A stretch of 64,000 nt of DNA from an uncultured Gemmatimonadales bacterium (GTDB lineage: Bacteria; Gemmatimonadota; Gemmatimonadetes; Gemmatimonadales; GWC2-71-9): assembly GCA_963730185.1 (NCBI GenBank), contig CAVSQW010000001.1, positions 1 to 64,000 of the forward strand. The letters are read 5' to 3'. The position numbers were made by a program, and so were the translations under genes. This document shows positions 47,054 to 56,992 of this stretch, in pieces (the stretch's first letter is position 1; every line of letters begins with the position of its first letter). Under the pieces are notes generated by a model, which saw nothing but the letters and a program-made list of their open reading frames with translations, was not told the DNA's origin and did not search any database.

Positions 47054-47287
47054 ATGGCGCATCGCAAGTTCACCGACCGTGATGGTCGGGAGTGGGAGGT
47101 CCGGGCCGAGACCCGGCGGGAGTGGCTGCTCGAGCCGGTCGGGGAGAACACCGAGCGGCGCCGCAACGTGGCCGCTCCCGGGTACGAGAAGGATCCCTTC
47201 GAGCTGAGTCAGGAAGAGCTCCAGCACTTGCTGGACGGCGGGGACGCCGGGTCGCGCCGGGCGGTCAGGTCGCCGTTCAAGGACTGA
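47054..47287 (+). CDS. Small hypothetical protein
   Basis: MAHRKFTDRDGREWEV...LSQEELQHLLD. GGAGAGG RBS. Confidence 0.7.
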   Translation: MAHRKFTDRDGREWEVRAETRREWLLEPVGENTERRRNVAAPGYEKDPFELSQEELQHLLDGGDAGSRRAVRSPFKD

Positions 47288-47331
47288 GGCTGTTGAACGG
47301 GCCTCCGCACCGAGGCCACGAGGGTGCCAGA

Positions 47332-47535
47332 ATGGCCCGCATGCTATCTCCCTTTGTCGCGCTCTACCTGCTGATGCAGCTGGCGCTTCTGCCCCATGTG
47401 CTCACCGAGCGGGCCCGGGCCGCGCGGGCGCGAGCCGCGGCCGATTCGACCGCCGTCGCGGCGCGCGGGGACAGTCTCCGGGTGGCGCCGTTCCTCGCCG
47501 ACCCGGTTGAGCCGGCGGTCCCATCCCGGCGGTAG
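47332..47535 (+). CDS. Small hypothetical membrane/secreted protein
   Basis: N-terminal hydrophobic helix. GAGGG RBS. Confidence 0.4.
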   Translation: MARMLSPFVALYLLMQLALLPHVLTERARAARARAAADSTAVAARGDSLRVAPFLADPVEPAVPSRR

Positions 47536-47569
47536 CCCTGCCGGCCCTCAACCCGGAGCGACGTCCCGC

Positions 47570-48427
47570 GTGATCGGCATCATCGGCGGCAGCGGACTCT
47601 ATCAGATCGAAGGCCTCGAGCACCCCACCTGGACCCGGGTAGTGACCCCGTTCGGGGATCCCTCGGACGAGATCCTCCGAGGCGAGCTCGGGGGCGTGCC
47701 GGTGGCCTTTCTGCCCCGGCACGCCCGGGGGCATCGGGTCTCGCCGACCGAGATCAACTTCCGGGCGAACATTCACGCCCTCAAACAGCTCGGCGTCCGC
47801 GACGTGATCTCCCTCTCGGCGGTCGGGTCGCTCGAGGAGCGGCTCGCGCCGGGCACCTTCGTGATCGTCGACCAGTTCGTGGACCGGACCTTCGCTCGGG
47901 AGAAGACCTTCTTCGGCGATGGACTGGCGGCGCACGTATCGATGGCCGATCCGGTCTGTCGCCGCTTGGGCGCTGCGCTCGAGACGGCCGCGACCGAGCT
48001 CCGGCTCGACCACGTGCGAGGTGGCAGCTATCTGGTGATGGAAGGACCGCAGTTCTCGACCCGGGCCGAGTCGGAGCTCTACCGGACGTGGGGCCTCTCC
48101 GTCATCGGGATGACCAACATGCCCGAGGCCAAGCTGGCTCGCGAGGCCGAGCTCTGTTACGCCACCGTGGCGATGGTGACTGACTACGACTGCTGGCATC
48201 AGGCGCACGACCATGTGACGGTCGATCAGGTGATCGCGGTGCTGAACGGCAATGCCGCCCGGGCCCGCGACCTGGTCCGGCGGGTGGTGCCGATGCTGCG
48301 CGACCATCCCGCGGCCTGCCCGGCGGGCTGCGACCACGCGCTCGACGCCGCGATCATCACCCCACCGGCGGCTCGCGACCCGGCCGCCCTCGACCGCCTG
48401 CGGACCATCGCGGGCCGAGTGCTATGA
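47570..48427 (+). CDS. mtnP: S-methyl-5'-thioadenosine phosphorylase
   Basis: IGIIGGSGLY, TPFGDPS, LPRH..GH, EGPQFSTRAES, GMTNMPEAKLARE, TDYDCW. Confidence 0.93.
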   Translation: MIGIIGGSGLYQIEGLEHPTWTRVVTPFGDPSDEILRGELGGVPVAFLPRHARGHRVSPTEINFRANIHALKQLGVRDVISLSAVGSLEERLAPGTFVIVDQFVDRTFAREKTFFGDGLAAHVSMADPVCRRLGAALETAATELRLDHVRGGSYLVMEGPQFSTRAESELYRTWGLSVIGMTNMPEAKLAREAELCYATVAMVTDYDCWHQAHDHVTVDQVIAVLNGNAARARDLVRRVVPMLRDHPAACPAGCDHALDAAIITPPAARDPAALDRLRTIAGRVL

Positions 48428-48954
48428 CCGATCTCAAGCGCCTGATCCGGACCATCCCCGACTATCCCAAGCCCGGGATCCTGTTTCGCGACATCACGAC
48501 CTTGCTGGCGGACGGGCCGGGATTCCGGCGGGTGATCACCTCGTTCGCCGAGCGGTACGCCGATCGGAAGGTGGACAAAGTGGCCGGGATCGAGGCCCGC
48601 GGCTTCATCCTGGGCGGCGCCCTCGCGGAGCGACTCCACGTCGGGTTCATCCCGATCCGCAAGAAGGGCAAGCTGCCGTTCGAGGTCGTCGGGCACGACT
48701 ACCAGCTCGAGTACGGCACCGACCGGGTCGAGATCCATCGCGACGCGGTCCGCCCGGGTGAACGGGTGGTGCTGATTGACGATCTGGTGGCGACCGGCGG
48801 GACCGCGATGGCCGGAGCGACCTTGCTCCGCTCCCTTGGGGCCGACATCATCGAGGCGTGCTTCGTGATCGACTTGCCCGACCTAGGTGGTCGGACGAAG
48901 ATCGAGGCAGACGGGTGCCCCACGTTCGCGCTGGTCGCGTTCGAGGGACACTGA
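48424..48954 (+). CDS. apt: Adenine phosphoribosyltransferase
   Basis: PDYPKPGILFRDIT, EARGF, RKKGKLP, LEYG, IDDLVATGGT. Confidence 0.96.
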   Translation: MTDLKRLIRTIPDYPKPGILFRDITTLLADGPGFRRVITSFAERYADRKVDKVAGIEARGFILGGALAERLHVGFIPIRKKGKLPFEVVGHDYQLEYGTDRVEIHRDAVRPGERVVLIDDLVATGGTAMAGATLLRSLGADIIEACFVIDLPDLGGRTKIEADGCPTFALVAFEGH

Positions 48955-48993
48955 GACCATGACGGGCGGACGGGCCGACGGACGGACGGATCG

Positions 48994-50031
48994 ATGAAGG
49001 TCGGCGGTCGGTGGTATCGAACCATCTGGGTCGAGGATGACGGGTGGACCGTCGCGATCGTCGATCAGACCCGGTTGCCGGGGGCGTTCGAGGTGCTGCG
49101 GCTGACCACTCTGGACGAGGCGGCGCACGCGATCCGGTCGATGCAGGTCCGGGGAGCGCCCCTGATCGGGGTGGCCGCGGCGTACGGCCTGTGCCTCGCC
49201 CTTCGGGCGGACGGGTCCGACGGGGCCCTGGCCCGGGCGATCGGCACACTCGGCGCGACCCGCCCCACGGCGGTGAACCTTCGCTGGGCGCTCGAGCGGA
49301 TGCGGCGGGCGCTCCATCTGGTCCCGCCGGGCGAGCGGGTCGAGCGGGCGTACGCTCAGGCCGCGGCCATGGCCGATCAGGACGTGTCGACCTGCCGGCT
49401 GCTCGGAGAGTTGGGCCTCCGGCTGATCCGCGACCGGCAAGCGGCCCAGGGCGGGCGGGTGAACGTGCTGACCCACTGCAACGCGGGCTGGCTGGCGACG
49501 GTCGACTGGGGAACGGCGCTGGCGCCGGTCTACCTGGCGCACGAGGCGGGCGTGCCGGTCCACGTCTGGGTGGACGAGACCCGGCCCCGAAACCAGGGCC
49601 TCCTCACCGCCTGGGAGCTGGCCCAGCACGGGGTGCCCCACACCGTGATCGTCGACAACGCCGGCGGGCATCTGATGCAGCAGGGACGGGTCGACCTCTG
49701 CCTGGTCGGCACCGACCGGGTGGCGCGGAACGGCGACGTCGCCAACAAGGTCGGCACCTACCTCAAGGCGCTCGCGGCCCGGGAAAGCGGGGTGCCGTTT
49801 TACGTGGCGGCCCCGTCGTCGAGCATCGACTTCCGGCTGCCCGAGGGCGGGGCGATTCCGATCGAGGAGCGTGACGCGGCCGAGTTGGGCCTCGACCCGT
49901 CGGTCCCGGTCCTGAACGTGGCGTTCGACGTGACTCCGGCCCGCCTGGTGACCCGGCTCATTACCGAGCGCGGCGTGTGTCGGCCCACGGCGGCCGAGCT
50001 GGGCCGGCTCTTCCCCGACCGGCTCGACTGA
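48994..50031 (+). CDS. mtnA: S-methyl-5-thioribose-1-phosphate isomerase
   Basis: DQTRLP, VRGAPLIG, RPTAVNL, THCNAG, DETRP, NKVGT, FDVTP. Confidence 0.95.
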   Translation: MKVGGRWYRTIWVEDDGWTVAIVDQTRLPGAFEVLRLTTLDEAAHAIRSMQVRGAPLIGVAAAYGLCLALRADGSDGALARAIGTLGATRPTAVNLRWALERMRRALHLVPPGERVERAYAQAAAMADQDVSTCRLLGELGLRLIRDRQAAQGGRVNVLTHCNAGWLATVDWGTALAPVYLAHEAGVPVHVWVDETRPRNQGLLTAWELAQHGVPHTVIVDNAGGHLMQQGRVDLCLVGTDRVARNGDVANKVGTYLKALAARESGVPFYVAAPSSSIDFRLPEGGAIPIEERDAAELGLDPSVPVLNVAFDVTPARLVTRLITERGVCRPTAAELGRLFPDRLD

Positions 50032-50062
50032 CGCTCCGCCCGGCGACGGGTGCCGGGGTCGG

Positions 50063-52045
50063 TCAGATCACCCGGTCGCTGCCGCCGTCGATCGGGATCT
50101 GCGCGCCCGTGGTGCGGCCGAAGGTCGGGCCGGCCAGCGCGACCACCGCCCGGGCCACGTCGTCCGACGTGAGCTCCACCCTGAGCACGTTGTTGATCCG
50201 ATACTCCTCGGCCGTCAGGCCGTAGTGGCGGGCGCGCGCCTCGACCACGGCGTCCGACCAGGCGCCGGTATCGAACACGGCGTGGGGATGCACGACGTTG
50301 ACCCGGACGCCGTCGCCGCCCAGCTCGAGGGCGGCCACCCGGGCCAGCTGAGTCAGGCCGGCCTTGGCCACCGAGTAGGCGCCGGCGCCGGGCCCCGGCG
50401 CGGGCACGTTCTTGGAGGCGACCACCACGATGGCCGGGTCGAAGCCCAACCGGAGGAACGGCGCGGCGGCCCGGATCAGGTGGAGGTGGCTGGTGAGGTT
50501 GAGGTCGAGGCTCCGGTCCCAGATGTCCTGCGCCATCTCCTCCAACCGTTGGCTGGGTGGAAAGACCCCGGCGTTGGTCACGATGATGTCCAGGCCCCCG
50601 AAGCGACGGACCGTCTCGGCCACCGATCCCTCCACCGCGGCGCGATCGGTCGCGTCGACCGTGAGCCCGACCAGACCGGTCCCGCTCAGGCTCGAGCCGA
50701 CCGCCGGATCGATGTCGGTCCCGACCACCGCGGCGCCGGCCGCGGCGAGCGCCTGGGCCGTCGCCCGTCCGATCCCGCTGGCCGCGCCGGTGACGAGCGC
50801 CACCTTGCCGGTCAGCGGCGGCCGAGCCCCGGCTCGCTTGAGCTTGGCCTGCTCCAACTCCCAGTACTCCACCTCGAACAGGTCCTTGGGCGGGAGCGCC
50901 TGCCAGCCGCCCAGCCGCTCGGCCCATTCGATCGCCCGGACCGTGTGCCGAGCCAGGTCCACCACGATGCCGGCGTCCTTGGCGGTGTCGCCGATGCCGA
51001 TCGAGCCCCGGCCCTTCCACACGATCCAGCGCGGCGCGGGGTCGAGCGAGACGTGCTCCGCCCCGGCGTGGTCGCCGTAGTACCGCCGATACCGCTGGAC
51101 GTAGTCCTCGAGGGGCGGAGTCCAAGGGGCCGTGGCCACCAGCGCCAGCGGCTTGGTCCGGATCACGTGGTCGGGAGTGAGCGGGCCCCGGGTGGCGATC
51201 GCGTCGACGTCCGGCCGGGCGGCGAAGGCCCGAGGGCCAGCCGAGCCGTCGAACCGAGCCACCACCGGACGTCCCCGGGTTCGGCCCACCGCCCGGCGGA
51301 GCTCGGCCAGCTGGTGGAGGGCCGCCGGGTCGAGCGGGGCAGGATCGGCGTCGGGCGGGTTACCAACCGCGCCCTGCTCGGCCAGGTAGCGCTCCGCCCG
51401 GCTGACCAGGTCGATCATCCGCTCGTAGCTGGTCCGGGCGTCGGGACCGAAGCTGAACACTCCATGGTTGAGCAGGACGATGCCGTCGAGCGAGCTCCAG
51501 TCCAGGTCTCGGGTCAGCTCCCGGACCGCCCGAGCCAGGACGAAGCCCGGCATGACGTAGGGGACCAGGAGCACCCGGTCGCCGTAGATCGCTCGGATCC
51601 GTTCCGCGCCGGCGGCGGTGTTGCTCACCGCGACGACGGCGTCGGCGTGGGTGTGGTCGACGTAGGCGAAGGGAATGATGGCGTGAAGGATCGCCTCGAC
51701 CGACGGCGTGGGCGCGCCGGGGTCGGTCATCGCGGTGCGCTGGGCGCGGACCATGTCCCCGTCGGTCAGGGCGGGCAGGTCGGCCATCCGGCGGAGCGGC
51801 GCGAGGCGGACCGGGGCGAACCCGGCGGGCTCGATCGTCGCCAGATCCCAGCCGCTTCCCTTGACGTAAATGATCTCCTCGGTGTCACCGAAGAGGTCCG
51901 TGGCGGTGGTCTTGACCGAGGTGTTGCCGCCGCCGTGGAGCACCAGCGATGTCTCGCGGCCGAGCAGTCGGGAGGTGTAGACCCGGAGAGCGAGCGGGGT
52001 GGATCCGAAGGTGGCGGCTTCGGCGTCGCGCCAGAGAGATTTCAT
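50063..52045 (-). CDS. Bifunctional class II aldolase / short-chain dehydrogenase
   Basis: GGGNTSVK, KGSGWDL, PSVE, HTH, NHG, TPDH, EYWELEQAKL, then TGAASGIG and YSVAK. Confidence 0.9.
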   Translation of the reverse strand: MKSLWRDAEAATFGSTPLALRVYTSRLLGRETSLVLHGGGNTSVKTTATDLFGDTEEIIYVKGSGWDLATIEPAGFAPVRLAPLRRMADLPALTDGDMVRAQRTAMTDPGAPTPSVEAILHAIIPFAYVDHTHADAVVAVSNTAAGAERIRAIYGDRVLLVPYVMPGFVLARAVRELTRDLDWSSLDGIVLLNHGVFSFGPDARTSYERMIDLVSRAERYLAEQGAVGNPPDADPAPLDPAALHQLAELRRAVGRTRGRPVVARFDGSAGPRAFAARPDVDAIATRGPLTPDHVIRTKPLALVATAPWTPPLEDYVQRYRRYYGDHAGAEHVSLDPAPRWIVWKGRGSIGIGDTAKDAGIVVDLARHTVRAIEWAERLGGWQALPPKDLFEVEYWELEQAKLKRAGARPPLTGKVALVTGAASGIGRATAQALAAAGAAVVGTDIDPAVGSSLSGTGLVGLTVDATDRAAVEGSVAETVRRFGGLDIIVTNAGVFPPSQRLEEMAQDIWDRSLDLNLTSHLHLIRAAAPFLRLGFDPAIVVVASKNVPAPGPGAGAYSVAKAGLTQLARVAALELGGDGVRVNVVHPHAVFDTGAWSDAVVEARARHYGLTAEEYRINNVLRVELTSDDVARAVVALAGPTFGRTTGAQIPIDGGSDRVI

Positions 52046-52300
52046 AGTCGGTAACTTCGCCGCGGGAGCCGGATTTCTGCCAGTCCGCGCGGCCTCGACG
52101 TGCCCGCGGTCCGGAAGGGTCTCATCGTAGGAACAGCAGTTCCTGTCCCCGGCTCGGCTGCTCTTCCAGGGGACCGAAGGGCTCTTCTCGATCTGGAAGG
52201 TGCTGGGCGCGAATTCCCCCGCCCGGGGCCGACCGTCGGCCCGCCTGGCGTTCTCGCTCCCGCGGGATACCATTGGTCGTCCCGAACGGAGTCGCTCCGG

Positions 52301-53845
52301 TTGCGCCAGTCTCCTTGTCTTGCCCGCGTCGTCGGCGCCGGGCTGATCCCGTCGCTGGTCCTGGCCTGTGCTCGAGCGCCGGGGCCGTCGGCCGGTACGG
52401 TGATCAGCAACGTGGTGGTGATCGACGGCTCCGGCGCGCCGGGCCGGCCGGGCGCGGTCCGGATCGTGGGCGACACGATCGCCGCCGTCGGCGACTTGAC
52501 CCCGATGGCCGGCGACTCGATCGTCGATGGGGGCGGGCTGGTTCTCGCTCCCGGCTTCATCGACACCCATAGCCACCACGACGACGGTCTGCTTCGACAC
52601 CCCGAGGCGTTGGCCGCGGTGAGCCAGGGCGTGACCACGATCGTGGCGGGTCAGGACGGGGGCGAGCACCTGCCTCTTCGGGTCTGGCTCGACTCCCTCA
52701 CGGCCACGCCGGTGGCCATCAACGTCGCCACCTACGCCGGTCACAATACCATCCGCGCTCAGGTGATGGGCGCCGGGTTCCGCCGGGCCGCCACCCCGGC
52801 CGAGGTCGACAGCATGGCCTCGCTCCTCCGGGACGAGATGGGCGCCGGCGCGCTCGGCCTCTCGACCGGCCTGGAGTACGATCCCGGGATCTACTCGACC
52901 CGGGACGAGGTCCTGACGCTGGCCCGGGTGGCCGCCGACTCGGGCGGCCGCTACATCAGCCACATCCGGAGCGAGGACCGCTGGTTCTGGAGCGCGATCG
53001 ACGAGATCATCGCGATCGGCCGGACGGCAAGGCTACCGGTGCAGGTGAGCCACATGAAGCTCGCCATGACGTCGCTCTGGGGGCGGGCCGACAGCCTGCT
53101 TCGGGTGCTCGATCGGGCCCGGGCCGAGGGCGTCGACATCACCGCGGACGTGTATCCGTATCCCTACTGGCAGTCGACCCTCACGGTCCTTTTTCCGAAG
53201 CGAAACTTCGACGATCGAGCCGAGGCCGAGAAAGTGCTCGCCGAGATCGCGCCGCCGGACGGACTCCTGATCGGCAACTTCGCGGCCGACCCCAGCCTGG
53301 TTGGCAAGACCGTCGCCCAGATCGCCGGGCAGCGGGGCACTGATCCGGCGACCACCCTGATGGCGTTGATCCGGGAATCACAGGCGTGGGGCGCGGCCCA
53401 CGGGGGCGACGCCGGGGAGAGCGTCGTGGCGACCAGCATGACAGAGGCCGACGTGGCCGACCTCCTGGCCTGGGATCATACCAACGTGAGCTCGGACGGT
53501 GAGCTCGACGGCGCGCATCCGCGAGGCTTCGGGACGTTCCCTCGGGTGCTGGGACGGCTGGTCCGCGAGCAGCACCGGCTCTCGCTCGAGACCGCGATCC
53601 GGAAGATGACCGGGCTCTCGGCCGAGCACATGGGCATCGCCCGGCGGGGGGTGATCCGGCCGGGCGCCTACGCCGACCTGGTGCTCTTCGATCCCGCCAC
53701 CGTGATCGATCGAGCCACGCCGGAGGACCCCCATGCGCTGTCGGAGGGCATCCAGCGGGTCTGGGTCAACGGCCAGGTGGTGTTCGGCGAGGGGCGTCCG
53801 ACGGGCGCGCATCCGGGCCGGGTGATCCATCGATGGGATCGATAG
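52301..53845 (+). CDS. N-acyl-D-amino-acid deacylase family amidohydrolase, second paralogue (probable lipoprotein)
   Basis: PGFIDTHSH, GLSTGLEY, HIRSED, HPRGFGTFPR, ADLVLFD. VLAC lipobox. Start uncertain. Confidence 0.85.
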   Translation: MRQSPCLARVVGAGLIPSLVLACARAPGPSAGTVISNVVVIDGSGAPGRPGAVRIVGDTIAAVGDLTPMAGDSIVDGGGLVLAPGFIDTHSHHDDGLLRHPEALAAVSQGVTTIVAGQDGGEHLPLRVWLDSLTATPVAINVATYAGHNTIRAQVMGAGFRRAATPAEVDSMASLLRDEMGAGALGLSTGLEYDPGIYSTRDEVLTLARVAADSGGRYISHIRSEDRWFWSAIDEIIAIGRTARLPVQVSHMKLAMTSLWGRADSLLRVLDRARAEGVDITADVYPYPYWQSTLTVLFPKRNFDDRAEAEKVLAEIAPPDGLLIGNFAADPSLVGKTVAQIAGQRGTDPATTLMALIRESQAWGAAHGGDAGESVVATSMTEADVADLLAWDHTNVSSDGELDGAHPRGFGTFPRVLGRLVREQHRLSLETAIRKMTGLSAEHMGIARRGVIRPGAYADLVLFDPATVIDRATPEDPHALSEGIQRVWVNGQVVFGEGRPTGAHPGRVIHRWDR

Positions 53846-54813
53846 ACTTCCCAGCGGCGATCGAGGCCGCCGCGGACCGGATCGCTCCCCACGCCCGGTC
53901 CACGCCGCTGCTCCATTCGCTGTCGCTCTCCCGACTCACCGGCGCCGAGGTCTACCTCAAAGCCGAGAACCTCCAGTACACGGGATCGTTCAAGGTCCGG
54001 GGGGCGCTGAACAAGGTGCTCGGGCTCAGTCCGGACGAGCGGCGGCGCGGCATCGTCACGGCGTCGACCGGCAACCACGGCGCCGCGGTGGCCTACGCCC
54101 TCGGACGGGTGGGGCTCCAAGGCACGGTCTGGGTTCCGGAGACCGCCGATTCGAGCAAGCTCGCCCGGATCGAGGCGCTGGGCGGCCGGGTCGAGCGGTT
54201 CGGGACGGACTCGGCCGAGGCCGAGGCCCATGCCCGCGAGGTGGCCGAGGCCGAGGGGAAGGTGTTCATCTCGCCTTACAACGACCCGGAGATCGTCGCC
54301 GGCCAGGGTACGGTCGGACTCGAGATCACCCGCGAACTCCCGATGCCGGACGCGGTGTTCGTCGCGGTGGGAGGCGGGGGACTGATCTCGGGGATCGCCG
54401 GCTGGCTGGCGGCCCGGGCGCCCGGCGCCACCGTGGTGGGGAGCTCGCCGCGAAACTCGTGCGTCATGGCGGAGTCGGTTCGGGCCGGGCGGATCCTCGA
54501 ACTCGAGTCACGCCCGACCCTGTCGGACGGCACGGCGGGCGGGGTCGAGCCTGGCGCGATTACGTTCGAGTGGTGTCGCGATCTGGTCGACGAGTACCAC
54601 TTGGTCGACGAGCCGGACATCGCGGAGGCGATGCGGCTCGTCGCCGGGGAGGACCACCTGGTCGTCGAAGGGGCGGCCGGGGTTGCGGTCGCCGCGGTCC
54701 TGGCGCAGGCCGAGCGCTGGCGGGGCCGACGGGTGGTCGCTGTGCTCTGCGGCGGGAACGTCGGCTCCGATCGGCTGGCCCGGATCCTTACCCGGGCGGA
54801 ATCCGGAGGGTGA
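53833..54813 (+). CDS. PLP-dependent threonine/serine dehydratase family protein, second paralogue
   Basis: KAENLQYTGSFKVRG, STGNHG, VGGGGLISG, CGGN. Confidence 0.9.
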   Translation: MGSIDFPAAIEAAADRIAPHARSTPLLHSLSLSRLTGAEVYLKAENLQYTGSFKVRGALNKVLGLSPDERRRGIVTASTGNHGAAVAYALGRVGLQGTVWVPETADSSKLARIEALGGRVERFGTDSAEAEAHAREVAEAEGKVFISPYNDPEIVAGQGTVGLEITRELPMPDAVFVAVGGGGLISGIAGWLAARAPGATVVGSSPRNSCVMAESVRAGRILELESRPTLSDGTAGGVEPGAITFEWCRDLVDEYHLVDEPDIAEAMRLVAGEDHLVVEGAAGVAVAAVLAQAERWRGRRVVAVLCGGNVGSDRLARILTRAESGG

Positions 54814-55141
54814 CCTCCTCGCCTGGGTTCACGGTGATCTCGTTGGAGAACGAGCTTCGGTTGCCGCCGATCGGGTCGGCCTCGAAACGGAGCGAGGTGA
54901 TTGAGCGGACCAGGTACTTCGGCAGGGTGAATCGCTGTTCGGAATGGCCGGTGACGATCCCGAGGCGGATCCGGCGAGACCCCTCGTAGACGTAAATCGT
55001 CATATCCGGAAATCCCTGGTTGTCGACCATCAAGGTGGTCGGCGCGTCGAGGTCGACGCTCGTCTCCGCGCCCTGGTGCGAGCAGCCCGCCGCGACCAGG
55101 ATCGCGGCGGCGACCGCTACGTTCCGAAGGGACTTGTTCAT
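54788..55141 (-). CDS. Hypothetical lipoprotein
   Basis: MNKSLR...VAAGC lipobox. GAGGAG RBS. Confidence 0.75.
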   Translation of the reverse strand: MNKSLRNVAVAAAILVAAGCSHQGAETSVDLDAPTTLMVDNQGFPDMTIYVYEGSRRIRLGIVTGHSEQRFTLPKYLVRSITSLRFEADPIGGNRSSFSNEITVNPGEEVTLRIPPG

Positions 55142-55235
55142 ACGCTCCTCACCTTTGCCGTCGCTCCGACCCGACCGTATCTCCATGACACGGAATGGTA
55201 ATGGGGCCCCTGATCTCCTGACGCCTGAGCCACGC

Positions 55236-56249
55236 ATGCCCGACACGCCCCCGACCCTCGCCGCCATCGGCGCCGCCCAGAGCCGGCTGGCGCCCTTCAT
55301 CCGGCATACGCCCGTCTGGGAGTGGCGGGACGATCTTCTGGAGCGTCTGTTGCCCCGGGGCACTTCGGTGCTGCTCAAGCTCGAGCTCTTCCAGCGGGCG
55401 GGCAGCTTCAAGGCTCGGGGAGCCCTGATGAACATGCTGGCGCTCGGGCCGGACGAGCTCCGTCGAGGGGTGACGGCGGTGAGCGCCGGAAACCACGCTG
55501 CGGCGGTCGCCTACGCCGCCCACACCCTCGGGTCGCCGGCGAAGGTGGTGATGCCCCGGACGGCTAATCCGGCAAGGGTGGCGCTCTGTCGGGGGTACGG
55601 GGCGGAGGTGGTGCTGACCGGTGACGTCCACGAGGCGTTCTCGGTGGTCAAGCACATCGAGTCGACCGAAGGGCGGACCTTCGTGCATCCGTTCGAGGGG
55701 CTCAACGTGAGCACGGGGACCGGGACGCTGGGCCTCGAGCTGCTTCGCCAGCAGGACGATCTCGACGCGATCGTGGTGCCGGTGGGCGGGGGCGGTCTGA
55801 TCAGTGGCATCGCGGCGGCGGTCAAGCAGGCGCGGCCGGGGTGCCTGGTGCTGGGGGTGGAGCCGATGGGCAACGACGTGATCAAGCGGAGCATCGCGTC
55901 GGGCACGCCGGAAAAGGCCATCGGGGCGGTCACCATCGCCGACAGCCTCAATCCGCCGTTCGCGATGCCCTACAGCCTGGGCCTGATCCGGCAGTTCGTG
56001 GACGACGTCGTGCTGGTCAGCGACGAGGCCCTGGAGGAGGCGATCTACCTGCTGTTCAGCCGAGCCAAGCTGGCGGTGGAGCCGGCGGCCGCGGCGGCGA
56101 CGGCCGCGCTCCTCGGTCCGCTCCGGGAACGTTTGGCCGGGCGCCGGGTGGGCCTCGTGGTGTGCGGCACCAACATCGACCCTGCCAGCTTCGCCGAGTA
56201 CCTGGCTCGGGGCGAGGGGCTCTGGCGGACCCGGGGCGAAGGGGGCTGA
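55236..56249 (+). CDS. PLP-dependent threonine/serine dehydratase family protein, third paralogue
   Basis: KLELFQRAGSFKARG, SAGNHA, VGGGGLISG, CGTN. Confidence 0.9.
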   Translation: MPDTPPTLAAIGAAQSRLAPFIRHTPVWEWRDDLLERLLPRGTSVLLKLELFQRAGSFKARGALMNMLALGPDELRRGVTAVSAGNHAAAVAYAAHTLGSPAKVVMPRTANPARVALCRGYGAEVVLTGDVHEAFSVVKHIESTEGRTFVHPFEGLNVSTGTGTLGLELLRQQDDLDAIVVPVGGGGLISGIAAAVKQARPGCLVLGVEPMGNDVIKRSIASGTPEKAIGAVTIADSLNPPFAMPYSLGLIRQFVDDVVLVSDEALEEAIYLLFSRAKLAVEPAAAAATAALLGPLRERLAGRRVGLVVCGTNIDPASFAEYLARGEGLWRTRGEGG

Positions 56250-56251
56250 GA

Positions 56252-56992
56252 GTGCCCCGCGCGTTGGTAATCGCGGCCATCGCCTTCACCGGGACCATGT
56301 TGGGGTCGCTCAGCGGCGGCAGCACCTCGGTCCTCACCACGCCGTCGTGGGTGGCCCTCGGGTTCCCGCTGCCGGTGGCGATCGGGGCTGACAAGATCGC
56401 CGGCGCGTTCTGGACGCTGCTCGGCAGCCGGAACTACCTTCGCCGGAGCAGGCCCGATCGCCGCCTGGCGCTGGGGATGGTGATCTTCGGGTTGGGTGGG
56501 GTCGTCTTGGGTACCCTGGCCACCGCCAACCTCCCGCCGGGGCCGCTGCAGCGGGTCGTGGGGGGCATCATCGTCACGGTGGTGATCGTCGTGGCACTCC
56601 GGCCACGACTCGGGGTGGAGGCCGGGCCTCCGCGCCTCTCCCGCCGGGCGACCGTGGCCGCCTCGGTGCCCTTCGGATTCTACGAGGGCCTCCTAGGGTC
56701 GGGGAACAGCATCTTCGTCACCCTGCTCCTGGCCGGCGGGCGGGGCCTCGACCTGCCCCGGGCGCTCGGGCACTACTACCTGGTGGCCAGCGCGTGGTGC
56801 GCCTTGGCGGCGGTTTCCTATGCGGCCCAGGGCTACTTCGACCCTGGGCTCGCGGTTCCGGCGACCCTCGGCGCGATTGCCGGCGGGTACCTGGGATCCC
56901 GGATCGGGGCGCGGCGGGGGGCGCCGTTCGTGAAGGTGGTGTTCGTGTTGGCCGGGGTGATCCTCGGCGGCAAGCTGCTGCTGGGTCGATGA
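56252..56992 (+). CDS. TauE/SafE family membrane protein
   Basis: Eight-TM pattern, GSLSGG, GFYEGLLGSG, GGYLGS. Confidence 0.78.
   Translation: MPRALVIAAIAFTGTMLGSLSGGSTSVLTTPSWVALGFPLPVAIGADKIAGAFWTLLGSRNYLRRSRPDRRLALGMVIFGLGGVVLGTLATANLPPGPLQRVVGGIIVTVVIVVALRPRLGVEAGPPRLSRRATVAASVPFGFYEGLLGSGNSIFVTLLLAGGRGLDLPRALGHYYLVASAWCALAAVSYAAQGYFDPGLAVPATLGAIAGGYLGSRIGARRGAPFVKVVFVLAGVILGGKLLLGR

Noticed and set aside
48958..48992. GACG-type microrepeat between apt and mtnA
   Set aside because: Short, degenerate low-complexity spacer with no supportable function.
52046..52300. SAM riboswitch or other RNA in the long intergenic gap next to the methionine salvage genes
   Set aside because: Only a CTCATC fragment. 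The SAM-I core elements (GAGGGA, GCAACC, GTGC) are not arranged correctly on either strand.
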